Source: an uncultured Alphaproteobacteria bacterium (GTDB lineage Bacteria > Pseudomonadota > Alphaproteobacteria > Rhizobiales > Xanthobacteraceae). From it: 64,000 bases of DNA. The DNA is taken from positions 207,202-271,201 of the forward strand of contig CAWDGS010000010.1 in the NCBI GenBank assembly GCA_963801955.1, read 5' to 3'. The position numbers and the translations under genes were made by a program. Positions 23,411-33,594 of the stretch are shown here, piece by piece. Position 1 is the first letter of the stretch, and every line of letters begins with the position of its first letter. The notes under the pieces are model-generated. The model saw only the letters and a list, made by a program, of their open reading frames with translations, was not told the origin of the DNA and searched no databases.

Positions 23411-24724
23411 ATGAACGCCGACGTCCGCAATCTCAAGACTGATGCCGAGCAGGCATTGAGCGCGGCCTATGCTGCGGCACGCAGTTCGCTGCCGGGCAAG
23501 GGTGCTTTCGCGGCCCTGCGCGAGGACGCATTTCGTAAGTTCGACGCCAGCGGGTTGCCGCACCGGCGCGTCGAGGAATGGAAATATACGGATTTGCGCG
23601 CACTGATGCGCAATCTCTACCCACTGGCAGCGGCGCCGGATGCGGCGGCGCGCGCGCGGGCAAAGAATGCCGGCAAGATGCTGGGCGGCGTCGACTGCCG
23701 CCGTCTGGTCTTTGTCGACGGTGCTTTCGCGCCAGATTTGTCGGATCTTTCGCCGGAGCAGGGGGTCACCGTCGGTTCGATGGCCGACGCGCTCGGCAAG
23801 GGCGATCCGTTGGTGACCGCCCATGTTGGCCGCACTTTCGCGACCGATGACGCGGCGGTGTCTCTAAACACCGCTTTGATGGGCGATGGTGCCGTGGTTC
23901 GTGTTTCCGCCGGCGCCGCAGCGAAACGGCCGATCAATCTGGTCTTCGCGACCGGTAGCGAAAAGCCCAGCTCTGCTTTCGTGCGCTCGCTGGTCGTGGT
24001 GGAGAAGGGTGCGAAAGCCACCATCATCGAGACCCATGAGAGCGGTGATGCGCAGGTCAATGCGGCGCTCGAGTTGGTGGTCGGCGACGAGGCGCAGGTC
24101 GACTATATCAAGATCACGCAAACGCGTGCCGTTCACGTCGCGAGTTTGCTCGCCACGATCGGCGCGCGTGCGCAATTCAACAGTTTCGCCTTCACCGCCG
24201 ACGCCCAGCTGGTGCGCAATCAGGGTTTTATCCGTTTCGCCGGTGAAGGCACCAAGGCCGGCATTCGTGGCGTCAGTCTGTTGCGCGGCAAGGACCATGT
24301 CGACACCACGCTGCTGATCGAACACGCGGCCGGCCATTGCGAGAGCCGCGAGCAGTTCAAGGCAGTGCTGGACGACCAGAGCCACAGCGTGTTTCAGGGC
24401 AAGATTGTCGTTAAGCAGCATGCGCAGAAGACCGACGCCAAGATGATGACGCGCGCGCTGCTGCTCTCGGATGAGGCCGAAGCCGACAACAAGCCGGAGC
24501 TCGAGATCTTTGCCGACGATGTGGTGTGTGGCCACGGCGCAACCGCCGGCGCGCTCGATCCGGGCCTTAAATTCTATCTGATGTCGCGCGGTATCCACGA
24601 GAAGGAAGCCGAGGCATTGCTGATCCAGGCCTTCATCGGCGAAACGCTCGAGGAAATCGCGCATGACGGCATTCGCGAGGCGCTGATGATCGCCAGCCTG
24701 AAATGGCTGGGCGTGCGGAGTTGA
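23411..24724 (+). CDS. sufD: Fe-S cluster assembly protein SufD
   Basis: 437 aa directly after sufC. It has the beta-helix type C-terminal region (HAQKTDAKMMTRALLLSDEAEADNKPELEIFADDVVCGHGAT) typical of SufD. Confidence 0.88.
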   Translation: MNADVRNLKTDAEQALSAAYAAARSSLPGKGAFAALREDAFRKFDASGLPHRRVEEWKYTDLRALMRNLYPLAAAPDAAARARAKNAGKMLGGVDCRRLVFVDGAFAPDLSDLSPEQGVTVGSMADALGKGDPLVTAHVGRTFATDDAAVSLNTALMGDGAVVRVSAGAAAKRPINLVFATGSEKPSSAFVRSLVVVEKGAKATIIETHESGDAQVNAALELVVGDEAQVDYIKITQTRAVHVASLLATIGARAQFNSFAFTADAQLVRNQGFIRFAGEGTKAGIRGVSLLRGKDHVDTTLLIEHAAGHCESREQFKAVLDDQSHSVFQGKIVVKQHAQKTDAKMMTRALLLSDEAEADNKPELEIFADDVVCGHGATAGALDPGLKFYLMSRGIHEKEAEALLIQAFIGETLEEIAHDGIREALMIASLKWLGVRS

Positions 24725-24726
24725 GC

Positions 24727-25968
24727 ATGCATCCGGCTGTCAGCAACGGTTCCTATGACATCGCCAAGATCCGGGCCGACTTCCCGGCGCTGGCGATGCA
24801 GGTTTACGGCAAGCCGCTGGTTTATCTCGACAACGCTGCCTCGGCGCAGAAGCCGAAGCAGGTGCTCGACCGGATTCAGAAGGCCTATACCGAGCAATAC
24901 GCCAATGTGCATCGCGGGCTGCATTATCTGGCGAACGAGGCCACCGAAGCCTACGAGGGCGCACGCGAAACGGTGCGCGCGTTTTTGAACGCCGAGCGCA
25001 AGGAAGAGATCATCTTCACCCGCAATGCCACCGAGGCGATCAACCTCGTGGCCTATACGTTCGGGCGCGAGCGCATCAAGCCGGGCGACGAGATCGTGCT
25101 CTCGATCATGGAGCACCACTCCAACATCGTGCCGTGGCATTTTCTTCGCGAGCGCCAGGGCGCGGTCATCAAGTGGGCGCCGGTCGACGAGGAGGGCAAC
25201 TTTCTCCTCGACGAGTTCGAGAAGCTGCTCGGCCCGCGCACAAAAATGGTTGCCATCACGCAGATGTCGAATGCGTTGGGCACCGTCGTGCCGGTCAAGG
25301 ACGTCGTGAGACTTGCGCATGCGCGCGGCATTCCGGTGCTGGTCGACGGCGCGCAGGCGGCCGTGCACATGGATGTGGATGTCCGCGACATCGATTGTGA
25401 TTTCTACGTGTTCACGGGACACAAGCTGTACGGGCCGACCGGGATCGGCGCGCTCTATGGCAAATACGAGCATCTTGCGGCCATGCCGCCGTTCAACGGC
25501 GGCGGCGAAATGATTCGCGACGTGTTCGAAGACCGGATCACCTATGGCGAGCCGCCCTACAAGTTCGAGGCGGGCACGCCGGCGATCGTGCAGGCCATCG
25601 GTCTCGGCGCCGCGATCGACTATGTGAATTCGGTCGGCAAGCCGCGCATTCGCGCGCATGAGGGCGCGTTGGTCAAATACGCGCAGGAGCGGCTCGGCCA
25701 GATCAACTCGCTGCGCATTATCGGCAACGCGCCAGGCAAGGGACCGATCGTTTCGTTCGAATTGAAGGGCGCGCATCCGCACGATGTGGCGACCATTATC
25801 GACCGTGCCGGCGTTGCGGTGCGCGCCGGGACCCATTGCGTGATGCCGCTCCTGGCGCGCTATGGTCTGACGGCCACCTGTCGCGCATCGTTTGCCATGT
25901 ACAATACCAAGGACGAGGTGGACACGTTGGCCGCCTCGCTCGTCAAGGCGCAGGAATTTTTCACATGA
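24727..25968 (+). CDS. sufS: Cysteine desulfurase SufS (group II)
   Basis: YLDNAASAQKP, HHSNIVPW, the PLP lysine FTGHKLYGPTG and the active-site RAGTHCVMPL. ATG 24727 lies 3 nt after the sufD stop. Confidence 0.92.
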   Translation: MHPAVSNGSYDIAKIRADFPALAMQVYGKPLVYLDNAASAQKPKQVLDRIQKAYTEQYANVHRGLHYLANEATEAYEGARETVRAFLNAERKEEIIFTRNATEAINLVAYTFGRERIKPGDEIVLSIMEHHSNIVPWHFLRERQGAVIKWAPVDEEGNFLLDEFEKLLGPRTKMVAITQMSNALGTVVPVKDVVRLAHARGIPVLVDGAQAAVHMDVDVRDIDCDFYVFTGHKLYGPTGIGALYGKYEHLAAMPPFNGGGEMIRDVFEDRITYGEPPYKFEAGTPAIVQAIGLGAAIDYVNSVGKPRIRAHEGALVKYAQERLGQINSLRIIGNAPGKGPIVSFELKGAHPHDVATIIDRAGVAVRAGTHCVMPLLARYGLTATCRASFAMYNTKDEVDTLAASLVKAQEFFT

Positions 25969-26369
25969 CCGACAACACACCCGAAGCCGACACCGCGCCC
26001 ACGGCGGAGAAGCCGCCGGAAAATGCCGCCGTCGTTGGCTCGCCGGCAGTACCGCAGGATGAGCTCCACAAGCTCACGGACGACATCGTTGCCGCGCTCA
26101 AGACGGTTTACGATCCGGAAATCCCGGCTGACATTTACGAATTGGGCCTGATCTACAAGATCGACATCGGCGACGATCGCGGCGTGAAGATCGATATGTC
26201 GCTGACTTCGCCCAATTGTCCGGCGGCCCAGGAATTGCCGATCATGGTGGAAAATGCGGTGTCGAGCGTTGCCGGGGTCAAGGAAACCAAGGTGGCGGTG
26301 GTATGGGACCCGCCCTGGGACCCGAGCCGGATGTCGGACGAGGCCCGACTCGTGCTGAATATGTGGTGA
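25965..26369 (+). CDS. SUF system Fe-S assembly protein, DUF59 / SufT-like
   Basis: The start codon overlaps the sufS stop (ATGA). It has the DUF59 signature VYDPEIPADIYELGLIY...LTSPNCPAAQELP. Confidence 0.85.
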   Translation: MTDNTPEADTAPTAEKPPENAAVVGSPAVPQDELHKLTDDIVAALKTVYDPEIPADIYELGLIYKIDIGDDRGVKIDMSLTSPNCPAAQELPIMVENAVSSVAGVKETKVAVVWDPPWDPSRMSDEARLVLNMW

Positions 26370-26408
26370 GCTGTAATTTAGGAATTAAGCACTAGATAGA
26401 GGCGACGA

Positions 26409-26444
26409 CCAAGAGAACTGCCAAGAGAACTGCCAAGAGGACCG
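26409..26444 (+). repeat. Three tandem copies of a 12-mer (CCAAGAGAACTG x2, CCAAGAGGACCG) immediately 5' of the sufA start
   Basis: Read directly: 26409-26420, 26421-26432 and 26433-26444. The third copy supplies the AAGAGGA Shine-Dalgarno 5 nt before ATG 26447. Confidence 0.85.
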
Positions 26445-26446
26445 CT

Positions 26447-26818
26447 ATGGCCACTGCACGACCCAGACCCCAGGTGATGCGGCTTACCGATGCCGCGGCG
26501 CTGCGCATCAAGGATGTGATGGCCCGGGCCGATAAACCGGTCGCCGGCGTGCGGGTCGGCGTCAAGAACGGCGGCTGCGCCGGCATGGAATACACCATGG
26601 AATACGCCGTCGATATCAAGCCGACCGATGAAGTGGTCGAGGACAAGGGCGTCAAGATTCTCGTCGATCCCAAAGCCGTTCTGTTCCTGCTCGGAACCGA
26701 GATGGACTACAAGACCGAAAAATTGTCGGCGCAATTCATCTTCAATAATCCGAACCAGACGAGCGCCTGTGGTTGCGGCGAGTTGGTGCAACTGACGCCG
26801 GCGAAAAGCGCCGAGTAG
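26447..26818 (+). CDS. sufA: Iron-sulfur cluster insertion/carrier protein, A-type (SufA/IscA/HesB family)
   Basis: VGVKNGGCAGMEY...FIFNNPNQTSACGCGE carries the conserved three cysteines. It is the last gene of the suf cluster. Confidence 0.88.
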   Translation: MATARPRPQVMRLTDAAALRIKDVMARADKPVAGVRVGVKNGGCAGMEYTMEYAVDIKPTDEVVEDKGVKILVDPKAVLFLLGTEMDYKTEKLSAQFIFNNPNQTSACGCGELVQLTPAKSAE

Positions 26819-26833
26819 GGCCGTCAGGCCGCT

Positions 26834-27904
26834 TCAGGCTACCTGCGACGCGGCGCCGGCTTCGGACACTTCCGGATCAGTTTCGCAGACCACGCGATTG
26901 CGGCCATTTCGTTTGGCGGCATAGAGGCATGCATCGGCGCGCTCGACGAGAGATTGCCCGCTGTCGCCCTCGCGCAGCGTGGCGACGCCGACCGAGATCG
27001 TGATGCGGCCAAGATGCTCGCCGGTGGAACGCTTCATCAGTTCCTTGGTCATCACGGCGCGGCGGATGTGTTCCGCAACCGTGATTGCCGCGCGCAACAC
27101 CGTGCTCGGCAGGATGATCGCAAATTCCTCACCGCCGTAGCGCGCTGCGGTGTCCTTGCCTTTGACGTTGTGCTTCACCGACATTCCCACCAGGCGCAGC
27201 ACCTGGTCGCCGGTCAGGTGACCGAAATTGTCGTTGAATGTCTTGAAATGATCGATGTCGGTCAGCAACAGCGAAAGCGGTTCGTTGGTGGCGACTGCGT
27301 TCGCAATTGCTTTTTCCAGCGTGCTGTCGAAGAATTTTCGGTTGGCGAGCTGGGTGAGCGGGTCAGTGAGACTTTCGGTCCGCACGACCTCAAGGTTTTC
27401 CTGCAGCTCATTGATTTCCTGCTTGGAGGCGAGGAGGCGCTCTTCCAGCTGCTGGTTGGAAAGCTCCATGACCTTGGTGGTTTGCACCAGACTTTCGACG
27501 ATCGCGCGCAGGCCTTCGCGATCTTTCGACAGGTCGAGTTGTTCGGTCGCGCCGGCGAGGCTTTCCGAGTAGCTGCTGGCTGAGCCAACGGCGGCGTCGA
27601 TCATCGCCATGACCTGATCGATCTCGCCCTTCACCTGGCTGCCGACTTCATCGATACGCTCGGTCAGCCGCGCCGGCGTCAGATGATTCTCGTAGATCTT
27701 GGCCAGATCGGCTTCGGAAATCGTGCCCTTGGCCTTGATGATCGCGTTGACCTGTTGGTTGAGCGCAGGGTGAAAGCCGGTCGCGTAGGTGTACCAGATC
27801 TCGTAGTTGCGCGGGGTCGCGGATTGGCGCAGCGCCTTCATCTGCCCGAGAGCGATGTCCGCGAACGCAATCGTGCGTTCGTAGTCCTCGGCACGCCCGG
27901 TCAT
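26834..27904 (-). CDS. Diguanylate cyclase (GGDEF domain) with N-terminal coiled-coil sensor region
   Basis: DPLTQLANRKFF...DIDHFKTFNDNFGHLTGDQVL...RYGGEEFAIILP. The position of the RxxD inhibitory site reads KGKD. Confidence 0.85.
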   Translation of the reverse strand: MTGRAEDYERTIAFADIALGQMKALRQSATPRNYEIWYTYATGFHPALNQQVNAIIKAKGTISEADLAKIYENHLTPARLTERIDEVGSQVKGEIDQVMAMIDAAVGSASSYSESLAGATEQLDLSKDREGLRAIVESLVQTTKVMELSNQQLEERLLASKQEINELQENLEVVRTESLTDPLTQLANRKFFDSTLEKAIANAVATNEPLSLLLTDIDHFKTFNDNFGHLTGDQVLRLVGMSVKHNVKGKDTAARYGGEEFAIILPSTVLRAAITVAEHIRRAVMTKELMKRSTGEHLGRITISVGVATLREGDSGQSLVERADACLYAAKRNGRNRVVCETDPEVSEAGAASQVA

Positions 27905-28035
27905 TGATAGGACCCCCAGTTGCAGGGCTGCGCCCGGCGGAGGACGGCACGTATGGCGTCACTCGCCGAAACGGTATTCGAGGGAGATGAATCAGGGGTA
28001 AATTTGGAACCCGGCCGCTGGCCGGAGCGTCGCGT

Positions 28036-29423
28036 TCAGGCTTTGACCGAAATAGGCCGCAACAGAAAGGCCGGCAGATGACCGCCTTCAGCATCCTCAA
28101 CGGGCGCCGGCGGTTGATGGGTTGGCGGCTTGTGTGCCGGCGCCTGATGTGACGGCGCCGACGGCGCCTTGTGGGCCGCCTCTTTTTTTGGTCGCCGCCA
28201 CCCGACTGACGGCCCCGGTGCCGATCGCGCGGGCGTTCGGAGTGGGCCGGCCGCTCGCTCTCTTGTGCGGGACTTGCATCTTGCGCCGCAGCAGGTCCGG
28301 GCTCGCCCGTCATCCAGGGAATGGTCTCACCGATCAGCCGCTCGATCGCCCCGACCGCCTTGCCGTCGATGGGCGCGACGATGGTGATCGCCACGCCACT
28401 GCGGCCGGCGCGGCCGGTGCGGCCGATGCGGTGAACGTAGTCATCGGGATGATGCGGCACGTCGAAATTGAAGACGTGGCTCACCTCCGGAATATCGAGA
28501 CCGCGCGCCGCGACGTCGGAAGCAACCAGTACTGTGACTTCGCCCTTGCGGAATTGTTCGAGCGCGGCCGTGCGTGCGGACTGGTCCATGTCGCCGTGAA
28601 GCGCGACCGCATTGAACTTGTGGCGCAGCAGCGAGCGGTGCAACTGTGCGACCTCGCGTTTGCGATTGCAGAACACGATGGCGTTCTTGTATCCGGCGGC
28701 CGATCGAATGAGGCGGCGCAGCGTCTCGCGCTTTTCGTGCGGGTCGCGGCCGGTCGAAACGAGCAATTGTGTGATGGTGGTTGCCGCGGTCGCCGGCTTT
28801 GAGACTTCAACGCGAACCGGATTGTGCAGGAACTTGTCGGCAATGCGCTGGATTTCCGGCGGCATGGTCGCCGTGAAGAACAAGGTCTGCCGGGTAAACG
28901 GCACCAGTTTGCCGATGCGCTCGATGTCGGGAATGAAACCCATGTCGAGCATGCGGTCGGCTTCGTCGATCACCAGCAACTCGACGCCGGAGAGCAGCAG
29001 TCGTCCGCGTTCGGAGTGGTCGAGCAGGCGGCCTGGTGTCGCGATCAGAACGTCGACGCCGCGGACAAGTTTGGCGTCCTGGTTGTCGAACGAAACGCCG
29101 CCGATGATGAGCGCGACATTGAGCTTGTGGTTCTTGCCGTATTTCTCGAAGTGATCGGCAACCTGCGCGGCGAGTTCGCGCGTCGGCTCGAGGATGAGCG
29201 TGCGCGGCATGCGCGCACGCGCGCGGCCCTGTTCGAGCATTGTGAGCATCGGCAAAACGAAGGCAGCGGTCTTGCCGGTGCCCGTTTGCGCAATGCCCAG
29301 CACATCGCGACGTGCAAGCACGTGCGGAATGGCCTGGTCTTGGATGGGAGTGGGGGTTTTGTAGCCTGCCGTTTCGATGGCGGCGAGAACTTTGGCGGAT
29401 AAGCCGAGATGGGAAAAAGCCAT
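28036..29423 (-). CDS. rhlE: ATP-dependent DEAD-box RNA helicase (RhlE-like); basic C-terminal tail frame-disrupted
   Basis: Motifs are AQTGTGKT, DEAD, TAT (in FFTATMP, the motif III/SAT position) and HRIGRTGRAG. ORF 27648..29423 runs on into the GGDEF gene. The conserved end GHLPAFLLRPISVKA-stop is in another frame terminating at 28036. Confidence 0.88.
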
Positions 29424-29615
29424 ATATCCTCAGAAGCCGCCCAGATCGCGCCGGACTAATAAAAACCAGTTGCTTTGCGCGGGGGACGGCCGAATCTTCA
29501 TGTCTGACCGGTTATTTGGGAACATAGGGGGCAAAGGGCTAAAGTCAATGCTTCGCAAGGCGATAAGTCATATTAATTCTTAATCTTTTCATCATTGAAG
29601 CGACTTGGAGCACAT

Positions 29616-30317
29616 ATGGCGCCCGTTTTACCGCTCGTTCTGGTCCCCGGGCTGCTGTGCAGCGCCCGGCTCTACGCACCGCAGATTGCGGCGCTTTGGC
29701 CGTACGGTTCGGTCACCGTTGCCGACCACCGGCGCGACAGCGAGATGGCTGCGATTGCCGCGCGCATTCTTGCCGACGCGCCGCCGCGCTTCGCGCTCGC
29801 CGGTCTGTCGATGGGCGGGTATATCGCCTTCGCAATGTTGCGGCAGGCGCCCGAGCGCATCGCCAAGCTTGCGCTTCTTGATACGTCGGCGCGGCCCGAC
29901 ACGGCCGAGCAATCGGCGGGACGCGAAAAATTTATCGGCATGGCCGAGGCCGGCAAGCTGAGCGACATCGTCGAAGCGCTCACCCCGCGCTTCCTGCATC
30001 GCAATCACCAGAACGATGAGACGCTCAAGCGCGTGGTGCGTGACATGGCGGCCGATACCGGCCCGGAGGCATTCGTGCGTCAGCAAAAGGCGATCATGTC
30101 GCGGCCGGATTCGCGGCCGCTGCTTGCAGGCATTCGCTGCCCAACTTTGGTTGTGGTCGGCGATGGAGACGAACTCACGCCACCGGAACTCGCGAAAGAA
30201 ATTTGCACCGGAATTTCCGGCGCGCGTCTCGTCGTGGTGCCCGAATGTGGGCATTTGTCGACCATCGAGAAACCCGATGCAGTGAATGCGGCGCTGGCGG
30301 AGTGGCTTTCCACCTGA
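29616..30317 (+). CDS. Alpha/beta hydrolase
   Basis: MAPVLPLVLVPGLLCS..., nucleophile elbow GLSMGG, VVVGDGDELTP, ECGHLSTIEKP. Confidence 0.75.
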   Translation: MAPVLPLVLVPGLLCSARLYAPQIAALWPYGSVTVADHRRDSEMAAIAARILADAPPRFALAGLSMGGYIAFAMLRQAPERIAKLALLDTSARPDTAEQSAGREKFIGMAEAGKLSDIVEALTPRFLHRNHQNDETLKRVVRDMAADTGPEAFVRQQKAIMSRPDSRPLLAGIRCPTLVVVGDGDELTPPELAKEICTGISGARLVVVPECGHLSTIEKPDAVNAALAEWLST

Positions 30318-30351
30318 ACAGCTGCGCCAACCTCGAAGTGACGGAGAAGTC

Positions 30352-30838
30352 ATGACGGAGATCCGGAATACAGCTGGCGTGATCGCGCCACCGCCGCTGG
30401 TTGCGCTGGGGCGGTGATCCTTGGCGTTCTGCTCGACTGGTTGATGCCGGCCTATGTGTTGTCGGCGGTGCTGACCCGGAATGGGCGGATCGTTATCGGC
30501 GTGCTGCTGATCGCGGCGGGCGTGGCGCTGGCCGTAGCCGGGCGCGGGACCTTCGTGCGGTTGGCACCCATGTAAACCCGTACAAACCGTCGAGCGCGCT
30601 GGTTACGACCGGCATCTTTGCCTACGTGCGTAACCCGATGTATGTCGGGCTGGCTTGTCTCGTCGCAGGGATTGGCATCGCGCTCGCGTCCGATTGGACG
30701 CTGGTGATGCTCGTGGTGGCGGCCCTGCTGATCCATTTCGGAGTGGTCAGACGCGAGGAACGCTACCTCGAGGCCAAATTTGGCGACGCCTACCGCCGCT
30801 ATAGGGACGCCGTACCGCGCTATGGCCTGCCGTTCTGA
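30352..30838 (+). CDS. Isoprenylcysteine carboxyl methyltransferase (ICMT) / phospholipid methyltransferase family membrane protein; two frame disruptions
   Basis: ATG 30352 gives MTEIRNTAGVIAPPPLVALG. A second frame gives VILGVLLDWLMPAYVLSAV...IAAGVALAVAGRGTF. ORF 30401.. then gives LVTTGIFAYVRNPMYVGL...REERYLEAKFGDAYRRYRDAVPRY. Shifts are near 30410 and 30570. Confidence 0.65.
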
Positions 30839-30938
30839 ACCGAGGCGATTGTGCAAGGCTTTCCGGCCTTCGTCCCTTTGCCTCGTCGCGCCGGATGCTT
30901 ATAGGGAACGCTGAAACAGGGTCGCCGGGACATACCTC

Positions 30939-32105
30939 ATGCGGACGCAGGTCGGAATTATCGGAGCGGGGCCCGCGGGCTTGATGCTCGCGCGGCTGCT
31001 GCATCTGCAGGGCATTGAATCGATCGTCATCGAAAACCGCAGCCGCGACTACATCGAAAATCGCATTCGCGCCGGCCTGATCGAGCATTGGGCCGCCGAT
31101 CTTCTGGTCGATGTGGGTGTCGGCGCGCGGATGCAGCGCGAAAGCATGCTGCATTGGGGCATCAATATCGGCATCAATGGCGAGCTGCATCGCATCGATT
31201 TCAAGGCGCTGGTGAACAAGCGGGTGACGATCTACGGACAGCAGGAGGTGGTGAAGGACCTGGTTGCGCAGCGGCTCGCGGATGGCGGTCCACTGTTGTT
31301 CGAGGTCGACGACGTCAGCGTTCATGAATTGACCGGCACGCAGCCGAAAATCCGCTTCACGCATGAGGGGCGGCCACACGAGATCGATTGCGATTTCATC
31401 GCCGGTTGCGACGGCTTCCACGGAATATGCCGACCAAGCATTCCCGATGGCGTGCTGCGTACGTTCGAGCGCGATTATCCGTTCGGCTGGCTCGGCATCC
31501 TGTCCGAAAGTCCGCCGCCGGACCACGAATTGGTCTACTCCTACACCGATCGCGGATTTGCGTTGTACACCATGCGTTCGCCGACGCTGGCGCGGCTCTA
31601 TCTGCAATGCGACCACGACGAAGACATCGACAATTGGCCGGACACTCGCATCTGGGACGAGTTGCACAAGCGGCTCGGCGGCGCGCGCAAGCTCGTCGAA
31701 GGCAAGATGCTGCAAAAGGGCATCACGCCAATGCGCAGTTTCGTCGTCGAGCCGATGCAATATGGGCGGTTGTTCCTCGCCGGCGACAGCGCGCACATCG
31801 TGCCGCCGACCGGCGCCAAGGGCATGAACCTGGCTTTTGCCGATGTCGTGCAGCTGTCGCGCGCGCTTGACGCATTTTACAAAAGCAAACGAAACGAGCT
31901 GCTGGAAAATTATTCCGCCAAGTGTCTGCGGCGGGTCTGGTATGCGCAACGGTTTTCATGGTGGATGACACAGATCATGCACCGCTTCCCCGGTGAATTG
32001 GCTTTCGATCACCGCCGCCAGCTCTCCGATCTCGATTATCTTACAAGTTCAAGTGCCGCCGCGACCTCGCTGGCCGAGCAATATGTCGGATTGCCGCTGG
32101 ATTAG
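30939..32105 (+). CDS. pobA: 4-hydroxybenzoate 3-monooxygenase
   Basis: MRTQVGIIGAGPAGL..., RIRAGLIEH, YPFGWLGIL, FLAGDSAHIVPPTGAKGMNLA. 388 aa, intact. Confidence 0.88.
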   Translation: MRTQVGIIGAGPAGLMLARLLHLQGIESIVIENRSRDYIENRIRAGLIEHWAADLLVDVGVGARMQRESMLHWGINIGINGELHRIDFKALVNKRVTIYGQQEVVKDLVAQRLADGGPLLFEVDDVSVHELTGTQPKIRFTHEGRPHEIDCDFIAGCDGFHGICRPSIPDGVLRTFERDYPFGWLGILSESPPPDHELVYSYTDRGFALYTMRSPTLARLYLQCDHDEDIDNWPDTRIWDELHKRLGGARKLVEGKMLQKGITPMRSFVVEPMQYGRLFLAGDSAHIVPPTGAKGMNLAFADVVQLSRALDAFYKSKRNELLENYSAKCLRRVWYAQRFSWWMTQIMHRFPGELAFDHRRQLSDLDYLTSSSAAATSLAEQYVGLPLD

Positions 32106-33462
32106 TCGTTCAGTACCGCGCGCAGCGGCCGACGCAGAAGCATAATTACGACGCCGGCTGCGGCTGAGATCAGCGCGAGCATCAGGAAGAAATTGCCTTT
32201 GCCCATGCTCGACCAGAAGGTGCCAAGATAGCCGGCGAGAAATCCGCCGATGAAGCTGGTCGAAAGCCAGACGCCCATCATCATCGACAGCAAGGACGTC
32301 GGAGCCACTTTCGTGACCAGCGAGAGACTGGTTGGCGAGAGATAAAGTTCGCCAACGGTGATGACGACGAAATAGGCAAATAGCCACAGCCAGTTTGCTT
32401 TTCCGTCCACCGGCGCTCCAGGCCGCGGCCACCATGACGAGATAAGCCAGTGCGTTGAGCAGGCAGCCGATGGCGAGCTTCGCAATGGTCGAGTGTTCGC
32501 GATGGCCTTGCCGTCGCCAGAACGCGACGATGAACGGCGTGAATGCAAAAATCATGAAGGGATTGAATGCCTGAAACCAGGTCACCGGAATTTCGCCGCC
32601 CAGAAAATGGCGGTCGGTAAATTGATCGGCCCAAAGTGCGATGGTGTTGCCTTGCTGTTCGTAAGTGGCCCAGAACAGACTCACGGGCGCGAACAGCAAC
32701 AGCAACGCGATGATTGATTGCCAGTCGCTGCGGTCGAGTGGCTGTCGTAACGGCGCCCGCTTCACAAAGGCGTCTTCGGGCAAATTCGGCGTCCCGCAGA
32801 GATAAATGATGAGGCTAAGCGTCATGCCGACGCCGGCGGCCGCAAAGCCATAGTGCCAGCCGAGTTCTTCGCCGAGCGTGCCGCAAACCAGCGGGGCCAG
32901 GAATGCGCCGAGATTGATGCCGACATAGAAGATCGAGAAGGCGCGGTCGCGGCGCCGGTCGCCCGGCGCATAGAGCGATCCGACCTGGGTCGAGATGTTC
33001 GGCTTGAAGGCGCCGTTGCCGAGAATGAGAAAGCCGAGCGCGAACAAAAATAGTTGTTCGAAGGCCATCATGAAATGGCCGATGGCCATCAGCGTGGCGC
33101 CGACGATGACAGTGCGGCGTTGGCCGAGCACGCGGTCGGCCAGCAATCCGCCGAAGATCGGCGTTAGATAGACGAGCCCGGTGTAGAAGCCGTAGATCTG
33201 CGAGGCGAGCGGTTGCGGCGCCAGCGGTCCGAATACGTTTCGAGCATCGCCTTGAATGAGGCGAGGCCGGCGACATGGCTCGTCCTGCTGGGGATCAAGC
33301 AGGTACTTGACCATGTAGAGGACGAGCAGCGCGCGCATCCCGTAATAGGAGAAGCGCTCCCACATTTCGGTTGCGAACAGATAGGCGAGCCCGCGCGGAT
33401 GGCCGAGAAGGTCGGCCCTCACGCGTGCGGTTGTATTGGGGATTTGCGCGTGTTGCGCTCAT
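32102..33462 (-). CDS. Proton-dependent oligopeptide transporter (POT/PTR2 family MFS); several frame disruptions
   Basis: FATEMWERFSYYGMRALLVLYM is the PTR2 signature. The pieces are 32049..33422 and 32102..32548 (..NWLWLFAYFVVITVGELYLSP..). HVAGLASFKAMLETY between ~33235 and 33275 is in another frame. A likely true start, ATG 33462 (MSATRANPQYNRT), is also out of frame. Confidence 0.8.
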
Positions 33463-33594
33463 GATTCAGGTCGAGTGGGATCGTTGATGGGCAAACAATA
33501 GCACATCGATACAAAGGCGTTTTCGAATTGCCGCGCCCGGTGTACGCTTTTTGCAAGCGTGGCCGAGGGGGACGGTGCGCAAAAGGGGGATGCA

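Noticed and set aside
24574-25980. Very long ORFs antisense to confirmed genes. This one lies opposite sufS. Others are 2649..3743, 19328..20725, 20706..21887, 30747..31949, 35998..37146, 38535..39404, 54042..55244 and 62265..63401.
   Set aside because: They are typical shadow ORFs of GC-rich DNA. Their translations are Arg/Ala/Gly-rich low-complexity sequences without recognisable motifs. Each lies exactly opposite a gene with strong family signatures.
26409-26444. The 12-mer tandem repeat read as a CRISPR-like or minisatellite array.
   Set aside because: There are only three contiguous units with no spacers, and no cas genes. It is reported only as a short tandem duplication of the sufA ribosome-binding region.
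32102-32105. Convergent gene pairs sharing 4-nt overlapping stop codons (pobA/POT at 32102-32105, AidB-like/MAPEG at 63677-63680), and prfB/carbamoyltransferase 3 nt apart.
   Set aside because: This is common compaction in GC-rich genomes, and I saw no hairpin or other signal. It has no evident regulatory meaning.
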